From positions 36,629 through 100,628 of the forward strand of contig RDOA01000008.1 of assembly GCA_011364925.1 (NCBI GenBank): a stretch of 64,000 bases of DNA, given 5' to 3'. The position numbers and the translations under genes are program-made. This document shows positions 9,987 to 19,856 of the stretch, one piece after another. Positions within the stretch are counted from its first letter, which is position 1. Every line of letters starts with the position of its first letter. The stretch comes from Promethearchaeota archaeon. GTDB taxonomy: Archaea; Asgardarchaeota; Lokiarchaeia; Sigyniarchaeales; SOKP01. The notes below the pieces were generated by a model, which saw only the letters and a program-made list of their open reading frames with translations, had not been told where the DNA came from and did not search any database.

Positions 9987-10868
9987 ATGGCTCTTCAAAA
10001 AATGACTGCCAAAAAAATCATCGAGAAAAAGAGAAAAGGAGAAAAAATCGTAACCATTACTTCTTATGACTATTCGTTTGCTAAAATTGTCGACGATTGT
10101 GGGATTGACTTAATTCTCGTAGGTGACTCCCTTTCCATGGTTGTTCTTGGATACAAAAATACATTAGCAGTGACCATGGACGAAATGATTCACCACACTA
10201 AAGCAGTGACAAGAGGCGTTTCAAATGCGATGGTAGTTGGAGATATGCCCTTTTTGTCCTATAAAATTGGAGTCAAAAAAGCAGTCCAAAACGCGGGAAG
10301 ATTTATTCAAGAAGGAGGAGCAGAAGCGGTAAAAGTTGAGGGTGGAGCTAAAATCTGTCCGACTATAAAAGCAATGATAGATGCAGATATACAAGTAATG
10401 GGCCATATTGGTCTAACTCCTCAAGCAATATATGAATTTGGAGGTTTCTTAGTACAAGGAAAGACCATCGAAGGAGCGAAAACTTTAATTATTGATGCTA
10501 AGAAGTTGGAAAAAACGGGAGTGTTTTCAATAGTACTTGAGAGTATACCGTGGCAAATTGCAAAATTAATAACTCAATCGGTAGATATTCCTACCATTGG
10601 TATAGGGGCTGGTTCGTATTGTGATGGACAAATATTAGTTATTAACGATATGTTGGGGCTTTTTACAGACTTCAAACCAAAATTTCTAAAATATTTTGGA
10701 GATATTGGTAATTCCGTCAAAATGGCCGTTAACGACTACCAAAACGAGGTAAAAAGTGGTCTCTATCCTGATATAGAACACTCCTATGAATTCCCAAAAG
10801 AAGATTTGAATGAGATCGAAGAATGGTTTGAAAACACTGATCTCGAAAATGAAGTAGGCGAAAAGTAG
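9987..10868 (+). CDS. panB: 3-methyl-2-oxobutanoate hydroxymethyltransferase (ketopantoate hydroxymethyltransferase)
   Basis: [66 protein letters not shown] match PanB. The ORF-track start at 9909 adds a non-homologous leader, so ATG 9987 is preferred. Confidence 0.85.
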   Translation: MALQKMTAKKIIEKKRKGEKIVTITSYDYSFAKIVDDCGIDLILVGDSLSMVVLGYKNTLAVTMDEMIHHTKAVTRGVSNAMVVGDMPFLSYKIGVKKAVQNAGRFIQEGGAEAVKVEGGAKICPTIKAMIDADIQVMGHIGLTPQAIYEFGGFLVQGKTIEGAKTLIIDAKKLEKTGVFSIVLESIPWQIAKLITQSVDIPTIGIGAGSYCDGQILVINDMLGLFTDFKPKFLKYFGDIGNSVKMAVNDYQNEVKSGLYPDIEHSYEFPKEDLNEIEEWFENTDLENEVGEK

Positions 10869-11092
10869 GGTAAATTAATCGTAAGAATCTAACAATATAG
10901 GAGTATAGTAAATAGTAAATTATTTCAATTTTGTTTGTTATCACCAAACGCATGAGATGTATCTAGAGAATAAGATTTTAATTATCCAAAAGTATAATTA
11001 AATAAATTTTTATTAATAATTATAACATAAGAACTTTGTTTGAAGATTTATTTAGCAAATTAAAGATCGAATAAATTAACGGAAGATTTAAA

Positions 11093-12835
11093 ATGGCCGA
11101 AGAATACGATTTTTTGTTTAAATCGATTGTGGTAGGTGATGGCGGAGTTGGTAAAACAGCACTTACGCTCCGTTTCTCAAAAGGTTTTTTCACTGAAGAT
11201 TACAAAATGACAATCGGTGTTGATTTCCACGTAAAGACAATTTCAATTGATACATCTGAAGGGCCTATCAAGTGTAAGCTCCAACTCTGGGATACTGGGG
11301 GTCAAGAACGATTTAGCTCGATAAGACCAATGTACTATAGAGGATCGTTAGGAACTGTACTCGTTTTTGATCTCACAAATTCAGAAAGTTTTGGACATTT
11401 ACCACAATGGATACAAGAAGTCAGAGCTAACATAAAAGCTGATATTCCGGTGCTTCTTGTCGGAAATAAAAGCGATCTAGTTGACCAGAGAGCCGTCTCG
11501 GCGGAGGATGTAAGTAAATTTACAAGAGACTTTAACCTATATTATATGGAAACTTCGGCTAAAACGGGTGATGGAGTTGGAGATTGTTTTTACATTCTTG
11601 CATGCTTAATGATAGGACAGGGTGTTCCTGAACAATTAATTGCAAACTCAATCGTTTTTGCTCCAGGACAATTTGCTACACCAGCCGTTCAAATTTCTTC
11701 GCAACCAATAGTTACTAAGGAACCTCAAAGCAATTATATCGCACCATCTGTTCCAGGACATATCCAAAACTTGAAAGAGGAGCCTGAAATAGAGTTTGAG
11801 GCACCACCAGTTCCTGAACCGAAGTTATCAAAAGTTCGAGGTCCAACGTCTCCTTTCATTTCCGATTCAGAGATTGAATTTGAGGCTCCACCTGTTCCTG
11901 AACCACCACTAAAAGCGAAACCGCAACCTACTCCCGAAATCTCTCTACCTGAACCAACTGAAATAGAGTTTAAAACTCCTGATGAAATTATGATCAAAGA
12001 AGCTATAAAATCCGAACTTGATACATTAACAAGCGGTGACAATGTCTATAAACCTAAGACTGCACCTTTTACACCCAATGCTCCAGAACCTACAGCACCT
12101 CCTAAAGAATTTCAGAGTTCTTATTCAGAAGAACCAATCGAGAGATCTCCTATCCACACACCATTTCGCGTTATTAAAAGAGAAGAGTCTCCTAAACCTC
12201 AACCAGCTTCAATGACGTTTGAACCTAGCCCTTCACCTCAACCAGAATCAACTGAATCTTTAGAATCAACCTCTGATTCGTTGATCGACTATATGCCTCA
12301 AACAATTTTAACGAAAAAAGAGAAGAAAAAGCAAGCAAAGGAAAAGAAAAAACAAGAAAAAGAGAAAGCAAAAATAGAAAAAGAGAAGAAAATGCTCGAA
12401 GAAAGGGAGAAACAAGAAGAATTGATCAAAGAAATGAAAAAATCTAAAAAATCTAAAAAGGAAAAACCCATCGTAACCCAAACATCAGAACCAACGCAAG
12501 CACCTACTATAAGTCGACCAGAAACTGGTATGAATTCCTTATTCCAAACCCTCACCCAAAAATCTGAAGTCTCCCCACCAGATCAGAGTGTCCCATTTAT
12601 ACCTTTTTCGGGAACAAGCAAAACTAAAGAAGAAGGGACATCTAAATTAAGAATCATCCCAAATGTAGCAGACATTGATGCAAACTCTAACGGTTTCACA
12701 GCTTTTACTTCGTCTCAATCCAATCCAGATGAAGAACCAAAAGCTAAAACTAAAGATCTCTTAATTTGCGAGCAGTGTGGTTCAATCTTATCTGCTGATT
12801 ATGCATATTGTAACAAATGTGGTAATAAGTTATAG
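11093..12835 (+). CDS. Rab-like small GTPase with ~400-aa disordered/repeat extension and C-terminal zinc ribbon
   Basis: G domain: GDGGVGKTAL, YKMTIGVDF, WDTGGQERF, GNKSDL, ETSAKTG. It is followed by P/E-rich repeats (EIEFEAPPVPEP twice, then EIEFKTPDE), a K/E block, and the terminal CEQCGSILSADYAYCNKCGNKL. Confidence 0.85.
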   Translation: MAEEYDFLFKSIVVGDGGVGKTALTLRFSKGFFTEDYKMTIGVDFHVKTISIDTSEGPIKCKLQLWDTGGQERFSSIRPMYYRGSLGTVLVFDLTNSESFGHLPQWIQEVRANIKADIPVLLVGNKSDLVDQRAVSAEDVSKFTRDFNLYYMETSAKTGDGVGDCFYILACLMIGQGVPEQLIANSIVFAPGQFATPAVQISSQPIVTKEPQSNYIAPSVPGHIQNLKEEPEIEFEAPPVPEPKLSKVRGPTSPFISDSEIEFEAPPVPEPPLKAKPQPTPEISLPEPTEIEFKTPDEIMIKEAIKSELDTLTSGDNVYKPKTAPFTPNAPEPTAPPKEFQSSYSEEPIERSPIHTPFRVIKREESPKPQPASMTFEPSPSPQPESTESLESTSDSLIDYMPQTILTKKEKKKQAKEKKKQEKEKAKIEKEKKMLEEREKQEELIKEMKKSKKSKKEKPIVTQTSEPTQAPTISRPETGMNSLFQTLTQKSEVSPPDQSVPFIPFSGTSKTKEEGTSKLRIIPNVADIDANSNGFTAFTSSQSNPDEEPKAKTKDLLICEQCGSILSADYAYCNKCGNKL

Positions 12836-12871
12836 TTTATACGAATCCTTTATTCCTTTTTTATTATCTTC

Positions 12872-13654
12872 CTAAAGATTTTTACCACAAATGGGACAAG
12901 TACTCCATATTTTCTTAATCTTTGAATTACAATAAGGACAAGTTTTTAAATCTGGGTCTATTTGAGTTTGAAGTTTTCCAAAAATGGTTACATTATCTTC
13001 AGCACTATAACTTTTTGGCTGATGCGGTGGCTGAATCTCTCTACTATTTGTGTAAATTTGAGAAGATGTATCTATGGGTTCTTGCAGTTTTTCTTGAATT
13101 CTAAGATTTCGTTCTTGGTCTATAGTATCAGGTAGCTCTAACATTTCGTTGTATTCGCTTGAAACAGCAGCTCCTTGAGGAATTTGTTGGTTAACCTCAG
13201 ATTCTTCGATAGGAATACCGACTTCGTAATGAAAATATTTGCCCTCGTTATTTTCAATCACTGTTTCGCCATGAGCCAAAAGAACTTCAATATAATAGAT
13301 AATTATAGAACCCATTGGGACATCATTTATTTCGGCAATAAAATAATCCAATTCTTGTTCCATTCGCAAGCGATACCATGACTTTCCATGATCAGCACTA
13401 AAAATTAGAAGGACTCTTTCTAATGTGGTACTGAAATCTTCCTCTGTGATTTTAACAACAATTTTAATCGTTTTTTTTAAAATTTCTGTTTGTCCAACAG
13501 ATTCCGCTGCCTTTGTAGAATCCCATGCAGCGCCACATTTAGGGCAGTTAGTAAACCAATTTGGGTATACAAATTGACAATTGGTGCAATTTTTCGTAAA
13601 ATATCTAGTAGTTTTTATTCCAAGTGTTTTTTTTTTATCTTTTCCCATTATCAA
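12872..13654 (-). CDS. double zinc-ribbon protein, unknown function
   Basis: N-terminal CTNCQFVYPNWFTNCPKCG and C-terminal CPYCNSKIKKIWSTCPICG flank a beta-rich ~90-aa core and an acidic linker. Confidence 0.6.
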   Translation of the reverse strand: MIMGKDKKKTLGIKTTRYFTKNCTNCQFVYPNWFTNCPKCGAAWDSTKAAESVGQTEILKKTIKIVVKITEEDFSTTLERVLLIFSADHGKSWYRLRMEQELDYFIAEINDVPMGSIIIYYIEVLLAHGETVIENNEGKYFHYEVGIPIEESEVNQQIPQGAAVSSEYNEMLELPDTIDQERNLRIQEKLQEPIDTSSQIYTNSREIQPPHQPKSYSAEDNVTIFGKLQTQIDPDLKTCPYCNSKIKKIWSTCPICGKNL

Positions 13655-13765
13655 TTCATATCTAAAGAGGAATTTTACCCTAATGAATTAGGTTAAATTA
13701 TTAAATTACGATTCAATTAATAAATATATTTCTGATAGCTATATTAAAAGTCTAACTTCTTCTTA

Positions 13766-14941
13766 TTATAATTTTAGTTTTTTTACAATTTTTTCTAAAT
13801 CATCAGCAAAACGAGATAAGTGTTGTCTTTTTACATGAGGCATTACAACAATTCTAATTAAATTTAAGTCATTGAATTTCCCTAACATCCACAAATTTTT
13901 GCGTAGCGCTTGTTCGAGCTCACACACACTATCTCCGTTTTCAGTGGTGATGCCTACAATATTCAATACGGGATTAGTAGCGATTTTTACCCCTTGAATT
14001 TCAGATATTCTTTGCACTAAGTATTCAGTGTTTTCCATACACTTTTTAACGATTTCTTTGAATCCATTAATGCCTAAATACTTTAAAATCACCCAAAACG
14101 CAATAATTGGACCTCCAGGTCTAGTGCCGACGATATGAAAATGCTTAAATGATCCACCAGCTAAATACGGGATTTCAAAACCTGTCCTCTGTAATATTGA
14201 AGCATCTTTGATAAAATAACCACCTGAAGGAATTACTCCTAGTCCCATTTTATGAGGATCAGCTGTAATTGAATCTACTGTATTTACGGAAAAATCCCAT
14301 GAAGGAACCTTATAACCCAGCCTTTTAAGAAAGGGCAAAACAAATCCTCCGAATGCGGCATCTATGTGAAAGAAAATGTCTTTCCCTTCAATCAATTTCC
14401 CTATTTTTTCAATAGGGTCAACTAATCCTAAGGAGGTAGTACCCGCAACTCCAACAATCGCGCATGTATTTTTGTTAATTAATGATTCAAAGTGATCTAA
14501 ATCTACTTGATAATTTTCTAAGAGTTTAGCTTTTCTCAATTTAAGGTTCAAGAAGTCTGCAGCTTTATCAAAAGAAAGATGAGCAGAAGCTGGAACCACA
14601 ATTTCGGGCTTTTTTATGTCAGGTCGTAAATTTCTAGCTATTCTCATCGCTATCAGATTAGCTTCAGACCCTCCTGTAGTGAATGCCCCAATAATATTAT
14701 TGTTTCCGAATAAATCACCAATTTCTAAAACTAGTTCCTCCTCAAGTTCTGCTGTGCCTAAAAATAACCCTGGGTCACCTAAATTCTTAGAAATATACTT
14801 TAGATAGATTTCCTTAGCAAGATCTAAAGGTTCTGTGCACATAGATCCTAAGATTGACCCTGAATCGTAAGAAAAATCTTTCTCTAACTTCTTGTCAAGC
14901 AATTCGAGTATCTCTCGTTTCTCTAAGCCTTCTTCTTGCAT
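13766..14941 (-). CDS. mfnA: PLP-dependent group II decarboxylase, MfnA-type (tyrosine/aspartate decarboxylase)
   Basis: GGSEANL, HIDAAFGG and DPHKMG (PLP lysine) motifs. In non-methanogens this family supplies beta-alanine for CoA synthesis, and panB lies nearby. Confidence 0.8.
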   Translation of the reverse strand: MQEEGLEKREILELLDKKLEKDFSYDSGSILGSMCTEPLDLAKEIYLKYISKNLGDPGLFLGTAELEEELVLEIGDLFGNNNIIGAFTTGGSEANLIAMRIARNLRPDIKKPEIVVPASAHLSFDKAADFLNLKLRKAKLLENYQVDLDHFESLINKNTCAIVGVAGTTSLGLVDPIEKIGKLIEGKDIFFHIDAAFGGFVLPFLKRLGYKVPSWDFSVNTVDSITADPHKMGLGVIPSGGYFIKDASILQRTGFEIPYLAGGSFKHFHIVGTRPGGPIIAFWVILKYLGINGFKEIVKKCMENTEYLVQRISEIQGVKIATNPVLNIVGITTENGDSVCELEQALRKNLWMLGKFNDLNLIRIVVMPHVKRQHLSRFADDLEKIVKKLKL

Positions 14942-15065
14942 TTTTTATGGGGGTGATACGACTAAGTTACTTCAATTCTAAAAAGTAAAAAGCTTAAAAG
15001 AATTAAAATTTTACAATTAGAGATTTAAATTTAGAAAAAATTTTCAAAGCTGTAAAATTATGTGG

Positions 15066-15383
15066 CTAAACAAATCGTTTTGAGTCCCTTTTAGTAAACT
15101 TATCTATAACGAGAGATAATTCTCTATTTAAATCTATTTTATAGTAATTAGCCACACAACTTATAGAAAAAATAACATCAGCTAATTCTTCTCCTAGATT
15201 TTTTTCCGCTTCGTCTGTTTTTTTAGGTTTATGACCTTCGAGATGGTTTATTTCTTTTGCTAATTCACCTACTTCTTCCACTATTGCACTTAACATAGAG
15301 AGAGGAGGCCAATATCCACCATGAGCCACTATCCACTTGTCAATTAATTTTTGATGTTCTAAAAGAGAAATATTTTTGTTCAT
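15066..15383 (-). CDS. MazG-like nucleotide pyrophosphohydrolase
   Basis: EEVGELAKEI and EELADVIFSISCVANYY form the EExxE/ExxD helix pair of the MazG family. ATG 15383 is preferred over TTG 15401. Confidence 0.75.
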   Translation of the reverse strand: MNKNISLLEHQKLIDKWIVAHGGYWPPLSMLSAIVEEVGELAKEINHLEGHKPKKTDEAEKNLGEELADVIFSISCVANYYKIDLNRELSLVIDKFTKRDSKRFV

Positions 15384-15421
15384 ATATATTTTAATAAACA
15401 AAGCTATTTATTGTCAGATAT

Positions 15422-17560
15422 TTACGAATGTAAAGTATACCGTTTTCTCGATTCCCATTCAGCTTTCTTACCTAAATTATATCTATTTACTTCGCTATAG
15501 TACCCCGTAATTCTCGAATACACCTTAACGTCTCCAGATTGACAAATTGGACAATTAAAAGTTCCACCCCGGAACATTTTTCTGCAATGAGGGCAAAAAG
15601 TAAAATCAGTTGTGTAAGCGAAATACGCTGTGTTTGTATTGAGACAAATGTTTTTAGTCAACTCCCATAAGCCATGAATATCTGGATTCTGCTCACCGAG
15701 CCAAATATGAGTAATTACACCTCCTTCTACAATGGGGTGCAAATCTCCTTGCTTTTTAATCCTTTCAGGTAAACTTATATCAGCATCATATCTGAAATGG
15801 CTAGAATTTGTATAGTATGCTGACTCACCTGAAGATTGCGGGATTGCTTGTTTAGGGAAATGCTTCAAATCTAATCTTGCAAATCTTCCGGAACTAGATT
15901 CAGCAGGTTGTTCCCATAAAGAAAAGCTAATTCTTTCCCTCTCTGTCATGAAATTGCACTTAGCTACCATATATTCTAAAACTTTTTTTCCTAATTTATA
16001 TGCAGTCTCATTTTCATGTAATTCGTATCCAGTCAATCCCTTCATGGCTTCGTTCAAACCAGTAAAGCCGATCGAAAGGTTTTGATCTTTTAAATTAAAA
16101 ATTGATTTTCCATTAATTTCGCCACTACATAAGGGTAGATGCCCCGATCTTAAACGCTTTTCCATTAAGCTCCATTTTTTTAGTAAAATCCTCGCAGAAA
16201 GCTCTATTTTTTCATCTAAAATCCTAAAATAATCATCTTCATTATTAGCCATATATGCATATCTTGGTAAATTAAGACTAACGCTTTGAAGTGAGCCAAT
16301 TGAGACATAATTCTCCCATACATTAGCATTCTTTCTTTCTTCGGAATCTAATATACATTTACTAATAATCTGATTTCCACTTAAAAATTTTCGACAACAT
16401 TGGCTATGAATTTCGTCTGGCATCCATTCAGGACACATATTAAGAAAATAGGGAGTCCCCATTTTCGCAACTTCTTCCATTAACTTAATGTAGGATGGTT
16501 CGAACTCTTTTAACCATTCCTTTTTAATTTTTATTTCGTGTTTCGGAAACGCAAACAGCTTTCCATCGTAATCTCCTTGGATATAAACGTCGGTAAGAGC
16601 ATCAAAAAGTTTTAAACACTCCTCTTTATAATCCTCATACTTTCCAATGACTTTACCATGGGGACCAATAGCGGGGATGTTTAGCAACCCGTCAGGTATT
16701 GTGGGAGTACATGATATTGATGTAAAGGGTACTTGACCTCCTCGAGCTGCAAAAATTTGATTTGTTTCAAATATTAAGCATTGCATAGATTGTTCGATTT
16801 CTCCCGCGGAAAGACCATGTGCATAAGGAGCGAGGAATGTAGTAATATAGTCGTACCCCTGACCGCCTGAAAATTCGCCCTGAATAGTGCCTAACCATTT
16901 AGCTAAGTGTGTTACTGCTACCCTTAAACTTCCTGCAGGACCCGATCGATTACAATGAGCCCAACTATTTACAGGTGGTAATCCGTGTTCAAGAATCATA
17001 CGTGGATCCCATTCCTGACAAAAAGGTCGAAGGTCGAAATATCTAAGCATATGTACGTGAATATCTCCACATAAATGGGCTTGTGCTTCTTCAGAGTCTA
17101 AAATTCTTAGGAGAGCGTATTCATCAGAAATTCTATTTGCAGCCCAATGATGAATACTCTCTGGGTTCATATCTTGATTAGCGTTTTCATTAATACCCTT
17201 CTCAAGTATTGCTTCATAATCCATTAAAGGCATACCGATTCGAGTATATAGCTTACGTTCATCCTCGTAGTGTTCTTCTGATAAAATTGAGCACACAATT
17301 TCTCGTATGTGTGGGCCTGATAAAAATGATATATTAGAGGAAATAATTCTCCTCACAACTAATTGCGTAATTCTGTCAGCAGATTCTAAATCGAGCCCTG
17401 TTTCGCGCATAATGCTTTCTTTTATTTTTAAAGGGTTAAAAGGTACTACATCGCCTTCTGTTCGTGAAACTCTCGGTAATAAATTCTTTAAAAATCCACT
17501 TTCTAACAGCTTTTTTTCGTTAGTAGTTTCAGATTCTGGAGTTAAAACCATAACAATCAT
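15422..17560 (-). CDS. nrdD: anaerobic ribonucleoside-triphosphate reductase (class III RNR)
   Basis: N-terminal ATP-cone. C-terminal Zn site CPHC..CPIC followed by the glycyl-radical motif SRITGYY. Confidence 0.9.
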   Translation of the reverse strand: MIVMVLTPESETTNEKKLLESGFLKNLLPRVSRTEGDVVPFNPLKIKESIMRETGLDLESADRITQLVVRRIISSNISFLSGPHIREIVCSILSEEHYEDERKLYTRIGMPLMDYEAILEKGINENANQDMNPESIHHWAANRISDEYALLRILDSEEAQAHLCGDIHVHMLRYFDLRPFCQEWDPRMILEHGLPPVNSWAHCNRSGPAGSLRVAVTHLAKWLGTIQGEFSGGQGYDYITTFLAPYAHGLSAGEIEQSMQCLIFETNQIFAARGGQVPFTSISCTPTIPDGLLNIPAIGPHGKVIGKYEDYKEECLKLFDALTDVYIQGDYDGKLFAFPKHEIKIKKEWLKEFEPSYIKLMEEVAKMGTPYFLNMCPEWMPDEIHSQCCRKFLSGNQIISKCILDSEERKNANVWENYVSIGSLQSVSLNLPRYAYMANNEDDYFRILDEKIELSARILLKKWSLMEKRLRSGHLPLCSGEINGKSIFNLKDQNLSIGFTGLNEAMKGLTGYELHENETAYKLGKKVLEYMVAKCNFMTERERISFSLWEQPAESSSGRFARLDLKHFPKQAIPQSSGESAYYTNSSHFRYDADISLPERIKKQGDLHPIVEGGVITHIWLGEQNPDIHGLWELTKNICLNTNTAYFAYTTDFTFCPHCRKMFRGGTFNCPICQSGDVKVYSRITGYYSEVNRYNLGKKAEWESRKRYTLHS

Positions 17561-17975
17561 CTTTTTTTTTAATTTATTATTTCCACTTATATGATAACGG
17601 AAAATTACCGTTAAGAAAAACTAAAATTTTCGTCGGTTTGATTAAGCGAAATAATAGCTTAAATGAATATATATTCTCGTTAATACATTGCCTCTTTTGA
17701 TATAAAAATCTATTTCTTTTTCCAATTTAAACTTAATCTATTAAATAATTGTTCACAACCTAAAAACTCTGTCAGGAAAATCACAGAAAAATCCATATTG
17801 TCACCGTTAAATTTGGGTACGTTATCACAAATCTCGATATTTTACTCGCAAACTTAAAATTGTCGTCTTAACTGGTTTTGTAATTTTCAATTTATGGGTG
17901 AAAAATTTAAAAAATATTGATTACGAGTATATTTAAAGAAAAATTAGATGAGATTAAGTTAAAAAACCAGTTAAA

Positions 17976-18305
17976 ATGAAGAAAAATCCCGTAAACAAAA
18001 GTTCTATCAATGGTATAGAGGCATTGACTGGAATCTATCGAAAAACCTTAATCTATAACGATAATCTGATGTTATGTCATTTTTTCTTAGAAAAGAATTC
18101 AGAAGTTCCCCTTCATTCGCACAAGGAACACCAAATTGGGTATGTAATTAAAGGAAAATTAAATTTTTTCACTGAAGATGGAGAATTTATGGCTGAAGAA
18201 GGAGACAGTTATGTTTTTGAATCAAATGAAAAACATGGGGCTAAAATCTTGGAAGATTCGGAAGTAATAGATGTTTTTAGCCCATCAAGGGAAGATTACA
18301 AATAA
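17976..18305 (+). CDS. cupin domain protein
   Basis: The HSHKEHQIGYVIKGK..GDSYVFESNEKHG two-motif cupin signature. Confidence 0.7.
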   Translation: MKKNPVNKSSINGIEALTGIYRKTLIYNDNLMLCHFFLEKNSEVPLHSHKEHQIGYVIKGKLNFFTEDGEFMAEEGDSYVFESNEKHGAKILEDSEVIDVFSPSREDYK

Positions 18306-18338
18306 CACTGAATAGATGTAGATAAACTTAATAAAGAT

Positions 18339-18710
18339 TTACCACTGATACGCAGCGACAACAAAAACGGCAATCATACAGAAAATAAATTGTGCTAATA
18401 GCCAGTCGATGAACAGTTTTCTTTTTTGATCTCTATTTTCCTTAACTTTCGCTGCTAATGCAAAACTAATTGCTGAATTGGTTCCAGTGAAGATTATCAG
18501 TGCAAATGTGGATGCGTTTAATCTTAATGTAATCATATCTAGGATATAATCAAAAATAAAAAAAACACTTAACAAGGCTAACATCGCTATTAAAAATATC
18601 CATCCCGAAAATTGAATGACTTTCTCAAATACGATTTCCTCTTCAGATAATCCTCCTGGTAACCTTGTCGTTTTTTTCTTTACTTTTGACATGTCTTTAA
18701 TACCATACAA
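18339..18710 (-). CDS. small membrane protein (3-4 TM)
   Basis: Hydrophobic helices after a basic N-terminus. Confidence 0.5.
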   Translation of the reverse strand: MYGIKDMSKVKKKTTRLPGGLSEEEIVFEKVIQFSGWIFLIAMLALLSVFFIFDYILDMITLRLNASTFALIIFTGTNSAISFALAAKVKENRDQKRKLFIDWLLAQFIFCMIAVFVVAAYQW

Positions 18711-18776
18711 ATTATAAACAATTGAATGCTTAATGATTCTTAACTCTTTTTTTTTCTATAAACTCATTTCAAAATA

Positions 18777-19256
18777 TTAAGGTTTATTTTTTAGAAATAA
18801 AATCGCCTTTGCTATATCTCCCTCGCTATCAATTAATGCAGCATTAGCCTCTTCCTTACTTACTTTTGCTTGAGTAGCTACTAACATTATATCATTTTCA
18901 GTAATAATCGTTTTTGTTTCAGATTCTTCGATTATTCCCTCTTCTTCCTCTTCTTCCCTTTCCCCAAACTGAACCTCGCCTACGGGATATTCCTCTGCTT
19001 CTCCTATCACTTGATAAATTTCTTGACCCATTTGCTTCATTAATACGACTTCGGGTTGATCTATTACGAGTGTTTTATCGTAACTTTCGATTATTACGCG
19101 TGTGGCGTTAACTTGTTCCATATCTATTCCTTGTTGCTGCATTCGACGACGCATCTGTCGTGATGCAAATTGTTGACCTTCTCTTTTTTTTGTTGCTTGT
19201 GGACGTGTAGGTTTACTTTTTTCCTTTTTTTGCATCTCTTTAGGCAATTTTACCAT
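18777..19256 (-). CDS. nac: nascent polypeptide-associated complex protein (NAC alpha domain + UBA)
   Basis: NAC domain RVIIESYDKTLVIDQPEVVLMKQMGQEIYQVIGE. C-terminal UBA-like DIMLVATQAKVSKEEANAALIDSEGDIAKAILFL. Confidence 0.8.
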   Translation of the reverse strand: MVKLPKEMQKKEKSKPTRPQATKKREGQQFASRQMRRRMQQQGIDMEQVNATRVIIESYDKTLVIDQPEVVLMKQMGQEIYQVIGEAEEYPVGEVQFGEREEEEEEGIIEESETKTIITENDIMLVATQAKVSKEEANAALIDSEGDIAKAILFLKNKP

Positions 19257-19304
19257 TTTTTCAACAACTCCAAACGATATTATATTATAATTATCTATTT
19301 ATTT

Positions 19305-19796
19305 TTATAATTTTGATTTATTGTTTCCTTTCCTAACTTTTATAGCAACTCCAGTTTTAAAACTTTGAACATATGGAACTGGGATCATTAGCTTTCCAAT
19401 CGCTAAAGTTTCATTTTCCTGATTCACAACAATAACTTCATCTAAAGGTCTTAAATTTTCATCAATCTCAATAATGTGTTTACAGAAGACATTTCGACCT
19501 ATTCTAATGAAATCAGATACTTCACTCATAACCACAGCTCTGAGTTTTGGTGAAGGGATATTCTTAGCTATTTTATCAGCTGAAAATAAACTTAGTGTAA
19601 AAAAACCATTTGTAGGTCTTAAATTTAATATAAGGTTGTTTTTATAATATACATGCTTTATTTTGCCTGTATTTTTAGAAAATTCAAAATGAATCTCATT
19701 TTCATCTTCAAACAGAATATCTGTGATCGGTTGACCAAATTGGTAATCAGAAATCGCTTTTGCTTTTCTTAAAGCAAATAGCATTTTGGTTTCCAT
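19305..19796 (-). CDS. archaeal PUA-domain protein
   Basis: LRKAKAISDYQFG N-domain and a C-terminal PUA-like LAIGKLMIPVPYVQSFKTGVAIKVRKG. Confidence 0.65.
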   Translation of the reverse strand: METKMLFALRKAKAISDYQFGQPITDILFEDENEIHFEFSKNTGKIKHVYYKNNLILNLRPTNGFFTLSLFSADKIAKNIPSPKLRAVVMSEVSDFIRIGRNVFCKHIIEIDENLRPLDEVIVVNQENETLAIGKLMIPVPYVQSFKTGVAIKVRKGNNKSKL

Positions 19797-19856
19797 ATTG
19801 ACATATTGTTGTATAACTTTACATTAAAATAAAATGGATTAATACAGATAAGAAGG

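Noticed and set aside
11734-12555. Antisense ORFs (11734-12042, 12298-12555) inside the Rab-like GTPase extension
   Set aside because: They are shadows of the P/E-rich and K/E-rich coding repeats on the plus strand, giving Gly/Ser-rich and Phe/Ser-rich junk translations.
17589-17595. TTCCAC hexamer upstream of nrdD as a second ORB-like/origin element
   Set aside because: A single 6-mer is expected many times by chance in 64 kb, and there is no initiator gene or partner repeat nearby.
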